This document shows, one piece after another, positions 36,143 through 44,514 of a DNA stretch of 64,000 bases. A program made the translations under genes and the position numbers. The notes under the pieces are model-generated. The model searched no databases and was not told the origin of the DNA. It saw nothing but the letters and a program-made list of their open reading frames with translations. Position 1 is the first letter of the stretch. Each line of letters begins with the position of its first letter. The DNA is taken from positions 25,384 to 89,383 of the forward strand of contig CAMAXP010000015.1 in the NCBI GenBank assembly GCA_945862265.1. The letters run 5' to 3'. The stretch is from Bordetella parapertussis. GTDB taxonomy: Bacteria; Pseudomonadota; Gammaproteobacteria; Burkholderiales; SG8-39.

Positions 36143-37132
36143 ATGAAACTGCACACCCTCAAGGCCCTGGGGGTCGCCACTGCGGCCCTCGCTTTCTGCG
36201 CACTGGCTTCCACCCAGGCCGCCGCGCAGGCCTGGCCGGCCAAGCCCATCCGCTGGGTCGTGCCCTACACGCCCGCCGGTATCACCGACAACGGGACGCG
36301 CATCGTGCTGCAGAAGGTGCAGGAGCAGACCGGTTGGAACTTCGCGATCGAGAACAAGCCGGGCGCGAACTCCCTCATCGGCGCGGGCGAAGTCGCCCGC
36401 GCGCCGGCGGACGGCTACACGTTCCTGACGGTGATCGGCGCGCACGCGGCCAACGCCACGCTCTATGCCGGCAAGATCCCGTTCGACCCGGTGAAAAGCT
36501 TCGCGCCGGTGTCGCTTGCCATGGTCGCACCGCTCATCATGACGGCAACCAACGCGCTGCCCGCCAAGGATCTGAAGGAGCTGATCGCCCACGCCAAGGC
36601 CAACCCGGGGAAGATATCGTTCGGCTCCTCCGGCATCGGCGCCGCGGCGCACCTGACCACGGAGTGGCTCAAGCAGATCGCCAGCGTCGACATGGTTCAT
36701 GTGCCGTACAAAGGCACGGCGCCCGCGCTGCAGGACCTGATGAGCGGCAACATCCAGATCCTCGTCGACACCCCGAGTTCGCTGATGCCGCACATCAAGG
36801 GGGGCAAGATCAAGGCGCTCGGGATGTTCTCCGCGCAGCGCCTCGCCAGCGCCCCCGAAGTGCCCACGCTGGCCGAGGCCGGCGGACCGCCGATGGAATC
36901 CTCGACCTGGCTGCTGTTCCTCGCCCCGGTCGGCACGCCGCGCGACCTCGTCACGCGGCTGTCCACCGAGGTCGCCAAGGCGGTCAACGCCGCCGATGTG
37001 AAGCCGAAGCTCGAGGGCATGGGCATCATCACGGTCGGCAGCACGCCCGAGGCGGCCGGCAAGTTCCTCAACGACGAGATCGCCAAGTGGGCCAAGGTGA
37101 TCCAGGTCGCCGGGGTCAAGGCAGAGCAATGA
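36143..37132 (+). CDS. Bug-family (TctC-like) substrate-binding protein, copy 5
   Basis: Signal peptide, then WPAKPIRWVVPYTPAGITDNGTRIV... and ...PADGYTFLTV.... Confidence 0.9.
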   Translation: MKLHTLKALGVATAALAFCALASTQAAAQAWPAKPIRWVVPYTPAGITDNGTRIVLQKVQEQTGWNFAIENKPGANSLIGAGEVARAPADGYTFLTVIGAHAANATLYAGKIPFDPVKSFAPVSLAMVAPLIMTATNALPAKDLKELIAHAKANPGKISFGSSGIGAAAHLTTEWLKQIASVDMVHVPYKGTAPALQDLMSGNIQILVDTPSSLMPHIKGGKIKALGMFSAQRLASAPEVPTLAEAGGPPMESSTWLLFLAPVGTPRDLVTRLSTEVAKAVNAADVKPKLEGMGIITVGSTPEAAGKFLNDEIAKWAKVIQVAGVKAEQ

Positions 37133-38151
37133 TGTACTCATACCGGTACACCAACTGCCATGTGAGCGGCTCACAGGCTGGACTTTATAAACTAAAAGTC
37201 GGACTTTTGTGCCTCGCTGCCCTTGTTACCGCGCCGTTTGCGCAGGCGCAGCCCTTCCCTTCCAAGCCCATGCGGATCATCGTGCCGTTTGCTCCCGGCG
37301 GCGCTACGGACGTACTCGCGCGGATGTTCGGCGGCGAGATGCAGAAGCACTGGGGCCAGCCGGTGGTGGCCGAAAACAAGCCCGGCGCGGGCGGCAACAT
37401 CGGCGCCGAACTGGGTGCCAAGGCCGCGCCCGACGGCTACACGCTCACGCTGGTGGCGCACGGCTTCATGTCGGTGAACCCGCATGTGTACAAGAGCCTC
37501 GGCTACGACTCGATCCGCGACTTCGCGCCCGTCACCCAACTGGTGGACGCGCCGCTGCTGCTGGTGGTGAACCCCTCGGTGCCGATCAAGTCGGTAAAGG
37601 AATTCGTCGACTACGGCAAGGCTAACCCCGGCAAGCTCGTGATCGGCAACGGGGGCTCCGGCACGGCGCAGCACCTCGCCGGGGAGCTGCTCACCAGCAT
37701 GGCCGGCATCCAGGCCCTGCACGTGCCTTACAAGGGCAGCGCGCCCGCCACCACCGACCTCCTCGGCGGCCAGACCCAGGCCCAGCTCGACAACATGGTG
37801 ACCTTCGTCTCGCACGTCAAAGCCGGGAAGCTGCGCGCCATCGGCGTGTCTTCCGCGAAGCGCGCAGAGCTCTTTCCCGACGTGCCGACAATCGCCGAGG
37901 CGGGCGTGCCGGGCTATGAGTCGGGCACCTGGTACGGCATCGCCGCCCCCGCCGGGACACCCGCCGACATCGTGGTCCGGATCAATGCCGAAATCGTGCG
38001 CACCATGAAGCAGCCCGAGATCGCGGCCAAGCTCGCCGAGATGGGGCTGGTACCGGTGGGGAACACGCCGGAGCAGTTTGCCTCATTCATCAAGGTGCAA
38101 CGCGAGATGGCAGGCAAGCTCGTCAAGCAGGCCGGGTTGCCGCAGCAGTAG
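37129..38151 (+). CDS. Bug-family (TctC-like) substrate-binding protein, copy 6
   Basis: Contains FPSKPMRIIVPFAPGGATDVLARMF... and ...APDGYTLTLVA.... The start at ATG 37129 gives an ATGA overlap with copy 5 but an odd 20-aa pre-signal extension. In-frame GTG 37162 is an alternative start. Confidence 0.85.
   Translation: MMYSYRYTNCHVSGSQAGLYKLKVGLLCLAALVTAPFAQAQPFPSKPMRIIVPFAPGGATDVLARMFGGEMQKHWGQPVVAENKPGAGGNIGAELGAKAAPDGYTLTLVAHGFMSVNPHVYKSLGYDSIRDFAPVTQLVDAPLLLVVNPSVPIKSVKEFVDYGKANPGKLVIGNGGSGTAQHLAGELLTSMAGIQALHVPYKGSAPATTDLLGGQTQAQLDNMVTFVSHVKAGKLRAIGVSSAKRAELFPDVPTIAEAGVPGYESGTWYGIAAPAGTPADIVVRINAEIVRTMKQPEIAAKLAEMGLVPVGNTPEQFASFIKVQREMAGKLVKQAGLPQQ
37194..37208. promoter_or_regulatory. 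Perfect 15-bp palindrome AAAAGTC-G-GACTTTT (copy 1 of 2), GntR/FadR-style GTCnGAC core
   Basis: Read directly. It sits in an AT-rich patch. A near-identical palindrome and similar upstream flank (TAAA-n-TAAAAGTCnGACTTT) occur at 49830-49843. Confidence 0.3.
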
Positions 38152-38169
38152 CCCGCCAAGGGGAATGCA

Positions 38170-38637
38170 ATGAAACTGTCGTTTGTCACGGTGGCCCGGC
38201 TGTTTGCGGCGCTTGCCCTGTTCGCTTGTGGCACCGCGCAGGCCGCCGACGTGCGCGTGATGATCTAGGCCGGCTTCTACCACGCGTACCACGAGATGTC
38301 GCCCGCGTTCGAGAAGGCCTCCGGACAGAAGCTCGTCACCATCCGCGGGCCTTCGCTCGGTGATTCGCCAGAAGCCATCCCCAACCGCCTCAAGCGGGGC
38401 GAGGCCGTCGACGTCGTCATCATGGTCGGCGCGTCGATTGACGACCTCACGGGCCAGGGCCTCGTGCGCGCCGGCGCCGCCAAGCCGGACATCGGCAGCG
38501 TGGACGCGTTCAAGCAAACGCTGCTCGGCGCCAAGGTGGCCAATGCGGACGGCGCTGCGGCGCTAATGAAGTGCCTGGCGTCGAGCGAGGCGGCGCCCCA
38601 TATGACGAAAGCTGGGTTGGGGCCGTTGGCGAAGTAG
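38170..38637 (+). pseudogene. Eroded periplasmic substrate-binding protein gene (ModA-like/PBP type) with in-frame TAG and internal deletions
   Basis: ATG 38170 encodes the signal peptide MKLSFVTVARLFAALALFACGTAQAADVRVMI. An in-frame TAG follows at 38266-38268. The same frame then continues AGFYHAYHEMSPAFEKASGQKLVTIRGPSLGDSPEAIPNRLKRGEAVDVVIMVG.... The total is about 155 codons, against the ~260 I expect for this family. Confidence 0.7.
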
Positions 38638-38695
38638 GGAATAAATATCTTTCTGCGCTCCTCAGCGCCTGCGCCGCCTCCTCCGTCGACCACTT

Positions 38696-38983
38696 GTGGT
38701 TTATCCGCGCATCCAGCGCTGGATCCCGGCGGGCGCTTCGTGGCACTATGGGCGCCCCTACAAACCACCCCTACCGAACATATTCAGTTTCCTGCTCAAG
38801 AAGAAGGTCGCGAACATCGCAGAAGAAGCGCAAACCATCGTGCGCCGCACGGGCGGCGCCACCGGCACCATACTGGCCCTCGGCGCCTACGACGTCGACC
38901 CGCGCCTCCTGATGTTCGTGGTCCAGGTCGCCAAGGACGCGGACCGCGAACACGAAGGCAACTGGGCATTCCGCTTCAGCTAA
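38696..38983 (+). CDS. Orphan 95-codon ORF, possibly a gene fragment
   Basis: Only the distal part (...NIFSFLLKKKVANIAEEAQTIVRRTGGATGTILALGAYDVDPRLLMFVVQVAKDADREHEGNWAFRFS*) looks protein-like. No family recognised. It lies in a compositionally mixed gap. Confidence 0.3.
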   Translation: MVYPRIQRWIPAGASWHYGRPYKPPLPNIFSFLLKKKVANIAEEAQTIVRRTGGATGTILALGAYDVDPRLLMFVVQVAKDADREHEGNWAFRFS

Positions 38984-39046
38984 GCGTTACACTCTCCCCC
39001 GAGATCCGCACCAATGCGGACGCGTCAACCACCGTAGGAGAACTGC

Positions 39047-40006
39047 ATGAAGTCCATCATCCGATTTGCCCTGGCCGCCCTGCTGGCGGCCCCGCTCGCC
39101 CTGCACGCCCAGGCCTGGCCCACGAAGCAGGTCCGGATCATCGTGCCTTTTCCTCCGGGCGGCTTCAACGACACCTTCGCACGCATCCTCGCGCAGGACC
39201 TGCCGAAGACCCTGGGCCAGCCAGTGATCGTCGAGAACAGGCCTGGCGGCGGTTCGGTCATCGGTACCGAGCTCGCCGCCAAGTCGGCCCCTGACGGTTA
39301 CACGCTGTTCGTCGGCGCACTGCCCTTCTCCGTGGTGCAGAGCCTGTACAAGACATCCTTCGACGTGACAAAGGATTTCGCCCCGATCACGCTGGCTGGG
39401 GTGTCGGACAACATGCTGGTAGCGCACCCGTCCTTCCCGGTGAATTCGGTGCAGGAACTCATCAAGCTCGCGAAGGAAAAGCCCGGCCGCATCAACTACG
39501 GATCGTCCGGCGCCGGCACCTCCGTGCACCTGTGCATGGAGTTGTTCAAGTCGATGACCGGGACCTTCATGACGCACATCCCCTACAAGGGCAGCGCGCC
39601 CGTGGTCGCAGACCTCATCGGCGGGCAGGTGGACATCATGTTCGACAACCTGCCGAACGTGATCCAGCACGTGAAGGCCGGGCGCATGAAGCCGCTGGCG
39701 GTGTCAGGACCGAAGCGCTCGCCCCTCGCGCCGGAGGTGCCCACCGTGGTCGAGGCCGGCGTCCCCGGATTCGAGGTCACGGTCTGGTTCGGCCTGCTCG
39801 CCCCCGCCGGGACGCCGCGCGAGATCATCCAGCGCCTCAACGCCGAGAGCACGAGGATCATCAGTTCTCCCGAGGTCACCGACAAGTTCGTCAAGCAGGG
39901 CGTCGAGCCGCGGCCGGGCACGCCAGAACAGTTCGGCGAGCTGGTCAGGACCGAGGTCTCGCGCTGGGCCAAGGTGATCAAGGACGCCGGCATCAAGAGT
40001 GAATAG
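39047..40006 (+). CDS. Bug-family (TctC-like) substrate-binding protein, copy 7
   Basis: GGAGAA ribosome-binding site, signal peptide, then WPTKQVRIIVPFPPGGFNDTFARIL... and ...APDGYTLFVGA.... Confidence 0.9.
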   Translation: MKSIIRFALAALLAAPLALHAQAWPTKQVRIIVPFPPGGFNDTFARILAQDLPKTLGQPVIVENRPGGGSVIGTELAAKSAPDGYTLFVGALPFSVVQSLYKTSFDVTKDFAPITLAGVSDNMLVAHPSFPVNSVQELIKLAKEKPGRINYGSSGAGTSVHLCMELFKSMTGTFMTHIPYKGSAPVVADLIGGQVDIMFDNLPNVIQHVKAGRMKPLAVSGPKRSPLAPEVPTVVEAGVPGFEVTVWFGLLAPAGTPREIIQRLNAESTRIISSPEVTDKFVKQGVEPRPGTPEQFGELVRTEVSRWAKVIKDAGIKSE

Positions 40007-40092
40007 ACTCAGCGAATAAATGAGCTGCCCGACATCCGGCGCCGCACCGAAGTCGAAGCCTCCGAACACCTGAAACCGAAACGGAAAGGACC

Positions 40093-41247
40093 ATGACCGA
40101 CCAGAACCACCCCGAAGTACGCGACGCAGTGCGGGCCCTGTGCAAGGAATTCGATTCCGCCTACTGGCAGAAGATCGACGCGGATCGCGCCTATCCCGAG
40201 GCCTTCGTGGATGCATTGACGAAAGCCGGCTGGATGGCTGCGCTGATCCCAGAGGAGTACGGCGGTTCGGGCCTCTCCCTCACGGAAGCCTCGGTGATCA
40301 TGGAAGAGATCACCCGCACCGGCGGCAACGCGGGCTGCTGCCACGGCCAGATGTACAACATGAACACGATCCTGAGGAACGGCTCGGATGCGCAGAAGAA
40401 GAAATACCTGCCCAAGATCGCCTCGGGCGAGCTGCGCCTGCAGTCGATGGGCGTGACCGAGCCGACGGCCGGCACCGACACCACCAAGATCAAGACCGTC
40501 GCCGTGAAGAAAGGCGACAAGTACGTCATCAACGGCCAGAAGGTGTGGACCTCGCGCCTGCAGCACTCCGACTTGATGATCCTGCTCGCGCGCACCACGC
40601 CGCTGGCGGAAGTGAAGAAGAAATCCGACGGCATGTCGATCTTCCTCGTCGACGTCAAAGCCAACTGGGGCAAGGCCCTGCAGGTCACGCCGATCCGCAA
40701 CATGGTGAATCACGAGACCAACACCGTGTTCATCGACAACCTCGAGGTCCCGGTCGAGAACCTGATCGGCGAAGAGGGCAAGGGCTTCAAGTACATCCTC
40801 GACGGCCTGAACGCCGAGCGCATCCTCATTGCCGCCGAGTGCATCGGCGACGGCTACTGGTTCACCGAGAAGTCGGTGAACTACTCCAAGGACCGCATTA
40901 TTTTCGACCGCCCCATCGGCCAGAACCAGGGCATCCAGTTCCCGATCGCGCGCGCCTACGTGAACATCCAGGCTGCTGACCTCATGCGCTACAAAGCGTG
41001 CACGTTGTTCGACGCTAAAAAGCCGTGCGGGGCTGAGGCCAACATGGCCAAGATGCTCGCAGCAGATGCCTCATGGGAAGCGGCCAACGCCTGCCTGCAG
41101 ACGCACGGCGGGTTCGGCTTTGCGGCGGAATACGACGTGGAGAGAAAGTTCCGCGAGACGCGGCTGTACCAGGTGGCGCCGATCTCGACGAACCTGATCC
41201 TGTCGTTTGTGGGCGAGCACGTCCTCGGGATGCCGAGGTCGTTCTAG
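40093..41247 (+). CDS. Acyl-CoA dehydrogenase (~384 aa, short/medium-chain architecture)
   Basis: Contains ...IPEEYGGSGL..., ...MGVTEPTAGTDT..., ...INGQKVWTSR... and ...THGGFGFAAEYDVERKFRETRLYQVAPISTNL.... Confidence 0.9.
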   Translation: MTDQNHPEVRDAVRALCKEFDSAYWQKIDADRAYPEAFVDALTKAGWMAALIPEEYGGSGLSLTEASVIMEEITRTGGNAGCCHGQMYNMNTILRNGSDAQKKKYLPKIASGELRLQSMGVTEPTAGTDTTKIKTVAVKKGDKYVINGQKVWTSRLQHSDLMILLARTTPLAEVKKKSDGMSIFLVDVKANWGKALQVTPIRNMVNHETNTVFIDNLEVPVENLIGEEGKGFKYILDGLNAERILIAAECIGDGYWFTEKSVNYSKDRIIFDRPIGQNQGIQFPIARAYVNIQAADLMRYKACTLFDAKKPCGAEANMAKMLAADASWEAANACLQTHGGFGFAAEYDVERKFRETRLYQVAPISTNLILSFVGEHVLGMPRSF

Positions 41248-42530
41248 TTCCCGAACCGCGCCGCTGAAAACGGCGCGGGATCTACAAAGGGCGTCTCGCC
41301 CGTCACCATCTCGGCGATCATCCGGCCGGTCACCGCGCTCAGCGTCAGCCCGTGGTGCGCGTGGCCGAAGGCGAACCACAGGTCCTTGTGCTTCGGTGCA
41401 GGGCCGATCACCGGCAGCATGTCCGGCGTGCAGGGGCGGGAGCCCATCCAAGGTTCCTTATCGATGCGCTCGGCTAACGGAAACAACTCCCTCGCGATCG
41501 GCTCGGCCCGACCCAGTTGCACGGGCGTGCGGATAGCGTCGCGCCGCGCGAACTCGGCGCCGGTGGTGAGGCGGATGCCCGCGCGCATCGGCGCGAGGAA
41601 ATAGCCCCGCTCGGTGTCGAGCACCGGCATGTTCAACTTCGCATCGCCCGCCGCACGGTAATGCATGTGGTAGCCGCGCTTCACCGCCAGCGGAAAGGCG
41701 TAGCCCAGCCTGCGCGTGAGCGTGCCGGCCCAGGGCCCCAGCGCGATCACCGCCCGCCCCGCTTCGACAGGCTCCTGCGCGGTACGTAGCGTCCACCCGC
41801 CTGCGCTGCGCGCCTCGAGGGTCGCGGCATTGCCCTGCAGGAATTCGCCGCCCAGCCGCTTGAAAAGATCGAGGTAGCCCATGGACAGGCCGTGCGGATC
41901 GTCCACGCGGGTCGGGTCGGTCCAGTTCAGTGCGCCCACAAGCACAGGCGCGAGATGCGGCTCCGCCGCCTGCAGCGCGGCTGCGTCGAGCACGCGGTAG
42001 TTGAGGCCGAACTCACGGTTCCAACGCTCGGCTTCGGCCAGGCGCCGGTCGCGCTCGGCGTTGGTGCGGAAGACCTTCATCCAGCCGCCGCGCTGGATGA
42101 AGTGCGTTGCGCCCGCCTCCTCCGCCAGCGCGTCGTGTTCGGTCACGCAGTGCTCGATCAGCTTGGCGTACTTGCGCGCGACCTCGGCGTGGCGCGCCGG
42201 CCGCGAGTAATGCCAGTACTTCCAGAGGAAAGGCGCGAGTTCGGGCAGCGCGGACGGGTGGTAATGCGCGTCGATGGTCCGGTTCATGCCGTAGCGGACC
42301 AACGCGCCGTAGTCGTGCGGGAAGCCGTAGGGATAGACGCCTTCGCGCTGGATCAGGCCGGCGTTGCCGAAGGAGGTTTCCTCGCCCGCACCGCGGCGGT
42401 CGAGCAGCACGACCGAACGACCGCGCTTTTGCAGGTGAACCGCCACGCAGAGGCCGACAATGCCGGCGCCAAGGACCACTACATCGCACTGCTTCACCGC
42501 TGGGCCGCTCCCGCTGAATCGGGGACGCAC
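41244..42530 (-). CDS. FAD-dependent oxidoreductase (DadA / D-amino-acid dehydrogenase-like)
   Basis: Contains DVVVLGAGIVGLCVAVHLQKRGRSVVLLDR (GxGxxG plus acidic end) and ...FGHAHHGLTLSAVTG.... The GTG start at 42530 is uncertain. Confidence 0.85.
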   Translation of the reverse strand: MRPRFSGSGPAVKQCDVVVLGAGIVGLCVAVHLQKRGRSVVLLDRRGAGEETSFGNAGLIQREGVYPYGFPHDYGALVRYGMNRTIDAHYHPSALPELAPFLWKYWHYSRPARHAEVARKYAKLIEHCVTEHDALAEEAGATHFIQRGGWMKVFRTNAERDRRLAEAERWNREFGLNYRVLDAAALQAAEPHLAPVLVGALNWTDPTRVDDPHGLSMGYLDLFKRLGGEFLQGNAATLEARSAGGWTLRTAQEPVEAGRAVIALGPWAGTLTRRLGYAFPLAVKRGYHMHYRAAGDAKLNMPVLDTERGYFLAPMRAGIRLTTGAEFARRDAIRTPVQLGRAEPIARELFPLAERIDKEPWMGSRPCTPDMLPVIGPAPKHKDLWFAFGHAHHGLTLSAVTGRMIAEMVTGETPFVDPAPFSAARFGN

Positions 42531-42578
42531 CGCGCTGTCGCGGGCCCCCGGATGCTTGCGAGTCTAGCCCAGATGCCG

Positions 42579-42598
42579 AAAACCGGGGTCTGTCCCCG
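42579..42598 (-). terminator. Weak candidate intrinsic terminator after the last Liv-type permease gene
   Basis: On the minus strand: CGGGG-ACAGA-CCCCG followed by GTTTT, immediately after the stop at 42600. The stem is only 5 bp. Confidence 0.35.
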
Positions 42599-42599
42599 A

Positions 42600-43517
42600 T
42601 TACTTCTTGATGCGGGCGGCGATTTCGCCGACGACGCCGCGGCGGAAGAGGAGCACGCAGATCACGAAGATGACGCCGGTGATCACGGTGACCCAGCCTT
42701 CGAGGAAGGCGAGCTGGTTCTGCAGGGTGACGACGATGAACGCGCCCACTGTCGGCCCGAGGATCGTGCCCATGCCGCCGAGCAACGTCATCAGCACCGC
42801 CTCGCCCGACATCGACCAGTGCACGTCGGTCAAAGTCTCGAACTTGAACACCAAAGCCTTGGTCGCGCCGGCGAGTCCTGACAGCGCGCACGACAGCACA
42901 AATGCGAGCAGTTTGTATTTGTCCACGTCATAGCCGAGCGATAGCGTCCTGGCCTCGTTCTCGCGGATGGCCTTGAGCACCTGGCCGAACGGCGAGTGGA
43001 TCGTGCGGTAGATGATCCAGAAGCCGCCGATGACGATGGCGTAGGTGAAGTAGTACATGGCCATGTCGTCATCGAGGCTGACGAGGCCCAGCAGCGTCTG
43101 GCGCGGGATGCCCTGCAGCCCGTCCTCGCCACCGGTGAACGGCGCCTGCAGGTAGATGAAGTACAGCATCTGCGAGAAGGCCAGCGTGATCATCGCGAAG
43201 TAGATGCCCTGGCGGCGGATGGCGAGCGACCCGACGAGGTACCCCAGGCCCGCGGAAGCCGCGACGCCGGCGAGGATCCCGACCTCAGTGGGAAATCCCC
43301 AGACCTTGACCGCGTGGCCGCAGACGTAGCCCGCGGTGCCGAGGAACATCGCGTGACCGAACGACAGGAGTCCCGTGTAGCCCAGCAGCAGGTTGAAGGC
43401 GCTGGCGAAAAGCGCAAAACACAGCGCCTTCATAAGGAAGATCGGGTACACCACCGCCGGGGCCGCGAGGCCGGCGACGAACAGGATGCCGTAGAGGAGC
43501 TTCTTGTTGTTTTCCAT
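42600..43517 (-). CDS. Branched-chain amino acid-type ABC transporter permease (LivM type)
   Basis: Contains ...LLLGYTGLLSFGHAMFLGTAGY... and ...LSLGYDVDKYKLLAFVLSCALSGLAGA.... Confidence 0.9.
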   Translation of the reverse strand: MENNKKLLYGILFVAGLAAPAVVYPIFLMKALCFALFASAFNLLLGYTGLLSFGHAMFLGTAGYVCGHAVKVWGFPTEVGILAGVAASAGLGYLVGSLAIRRQGIYFAMITLAFSQMLYFIYLQAPFTGGEDGLQGIPRQTLLGLVSLDDDMAMYYFTYAIVIGGFWIIYRTIHSPFGQVLKAIRENEARTLSLGYDVDKYKLLAFVLSCALSGLAGATKALVFKFETLTDVHWSMSGEAVLMTLLGGMGTILGPTVGAFIVVTLQNQLAFLEGWVTVITGVIFVICVLLFRRGVVGEIAARIKK

Positions 43518-43523
43518 GGCGCC

Positions 43524-44411
43524 CTACTTCTCCTTGCCGAACAGGCCGGCGGGCCGCACGAGCAGCACGATCGCCATGATCACGAACACCACCGTCGAGG
43601 AGGCTTCCGGGTAGAACACCTTGGTGAGGCCCTCGATCACCCCGAGGCCGAGGCCCGTCAGGATCGAGCCGAGGATCGAGCCCATGCCGCCGATCACGAC
43701 CACCGCGAACACCACGATGATGATGTTGGCGCCCATCAGCGGGTTGATCTGGATGATCGGCGAGGCCAGCACACCAGCAAAGGCCGCCAGCGCCACGCCG
43801 AAGGCATAAGTGAGCGTCACCATGCGCGGGACGTTGACGCCGAAGGCCTGCGTGAGGGCGGCGTTCTCGGTGCCGGCCCGGAGGTAGGCGCCGAGCTTGG
43901 TGCGCTCGATCACGTACCAGGTGGCGAAGCACACCACCAGCGACGCGGCCACGACCCACGCGCGGTAGATCGGCAGGATCATGAAGCCGAGGTTGGTGGC
44001 GCCACGCAGCTCGTCGGGCACCTGGTAGGGCTGGCCGGAGACGCCGAACTGCTGGCGGAACAGGCCTTCAAGGATCAGCGCGAGGCCGAACGTGAGCAGC
44101 AATCCGTAAAGGTGGTCGAGCTTGTAGAGCCAGCGCAGCATGGTCTTCTCGATGACCACACCGACGACTCCGACCGCCAGCGGCGCGATGACAAGCGCGA
44201 ACCAGTAGTTGAGGCCGAGGTAGTGCATTGTCATCCAGGCGCCAAAGGCGCCCAGCATGTAGAAAGTGCCGTGGGCGAAGTTCACCACGTTGAGCAGCCC
44301 GAAGATCACCGCCAGCCCGAGGCTGAGCATGGCGTAGAACGAGCCGTTCACCAGCCCGAGCAACAGCTGGGACAGGAAGGCCTGGAGCGGGATGCCGAAG
44401 ATTTCAGTCAT
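43524..44411 (-). CDS. Branched-chain amino acid-type ABC transporter permease (LivH type)
   Basis: Contains ...LLLGLVNGSFYAMLSLGLAVIFGLLNVVNFAHGTFYMLGAF.... Confidence 0.9.
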   Translation of the reverse strand: MTEIFGIPLQAFLSQLLLGLVNGSFYAMLSLGLAVIFGLLNVVNFAHGTFYMLGAFGAWMTMHYLGLNYWFALVIAPLAVGVVGVVIEKTMLRWLYKLDHLYGLLLTFGLALILEGLFRQQFGVSGQPYQVPDELRGATNLGFMILPIYRAWVVAASLVVCFATWYVIERTKLGAYLRAGTENAALTQAFGVNVPRMVTLTYAFGVALAAFAGVLASPIIQINPLMGANIIIVVFAVVVIGGMGSILGSILTGLGLGVIEGLTKVFYPEASSTVVFVIMAIVLLVRPAGLFGKEK

Positions 44412-44514
44412 TTTCTGTACGCGCGCAAACGCGCGCGTTGAACGGCGATTTCCGTCCGTTCCAACGCGCGCAGTTCAATGGGCACGCAGTTTTCAAAGCG
44501 TGTCCCAATTGAAC

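Noticed and set aside
37194-37208. Reading the AAAAGTCGGACTTTT element as an intrinsic terminator for Bug copy 5.
   Set aside because: The perfect palindrome leaves a 1-nt loop. The best real hairpin would be a 5-bp A/T stem, too weak to terminate. The ATGA coupling of the two Bug genes also argues for co-transcription. I kept it as a possible protein-binding site instead.
18015-40006. The seven Bug genes, considered as a DNA-level repeat family or recent segmental duplication.
   Set aside because: Similarity is confined to short protein motifs (PxxPIRxIVPFxxGG, APDGYT, NPGK, YKG). The nucleotide sequences and signal peptides differ throughout, so these are old paralogues rather than repeats.
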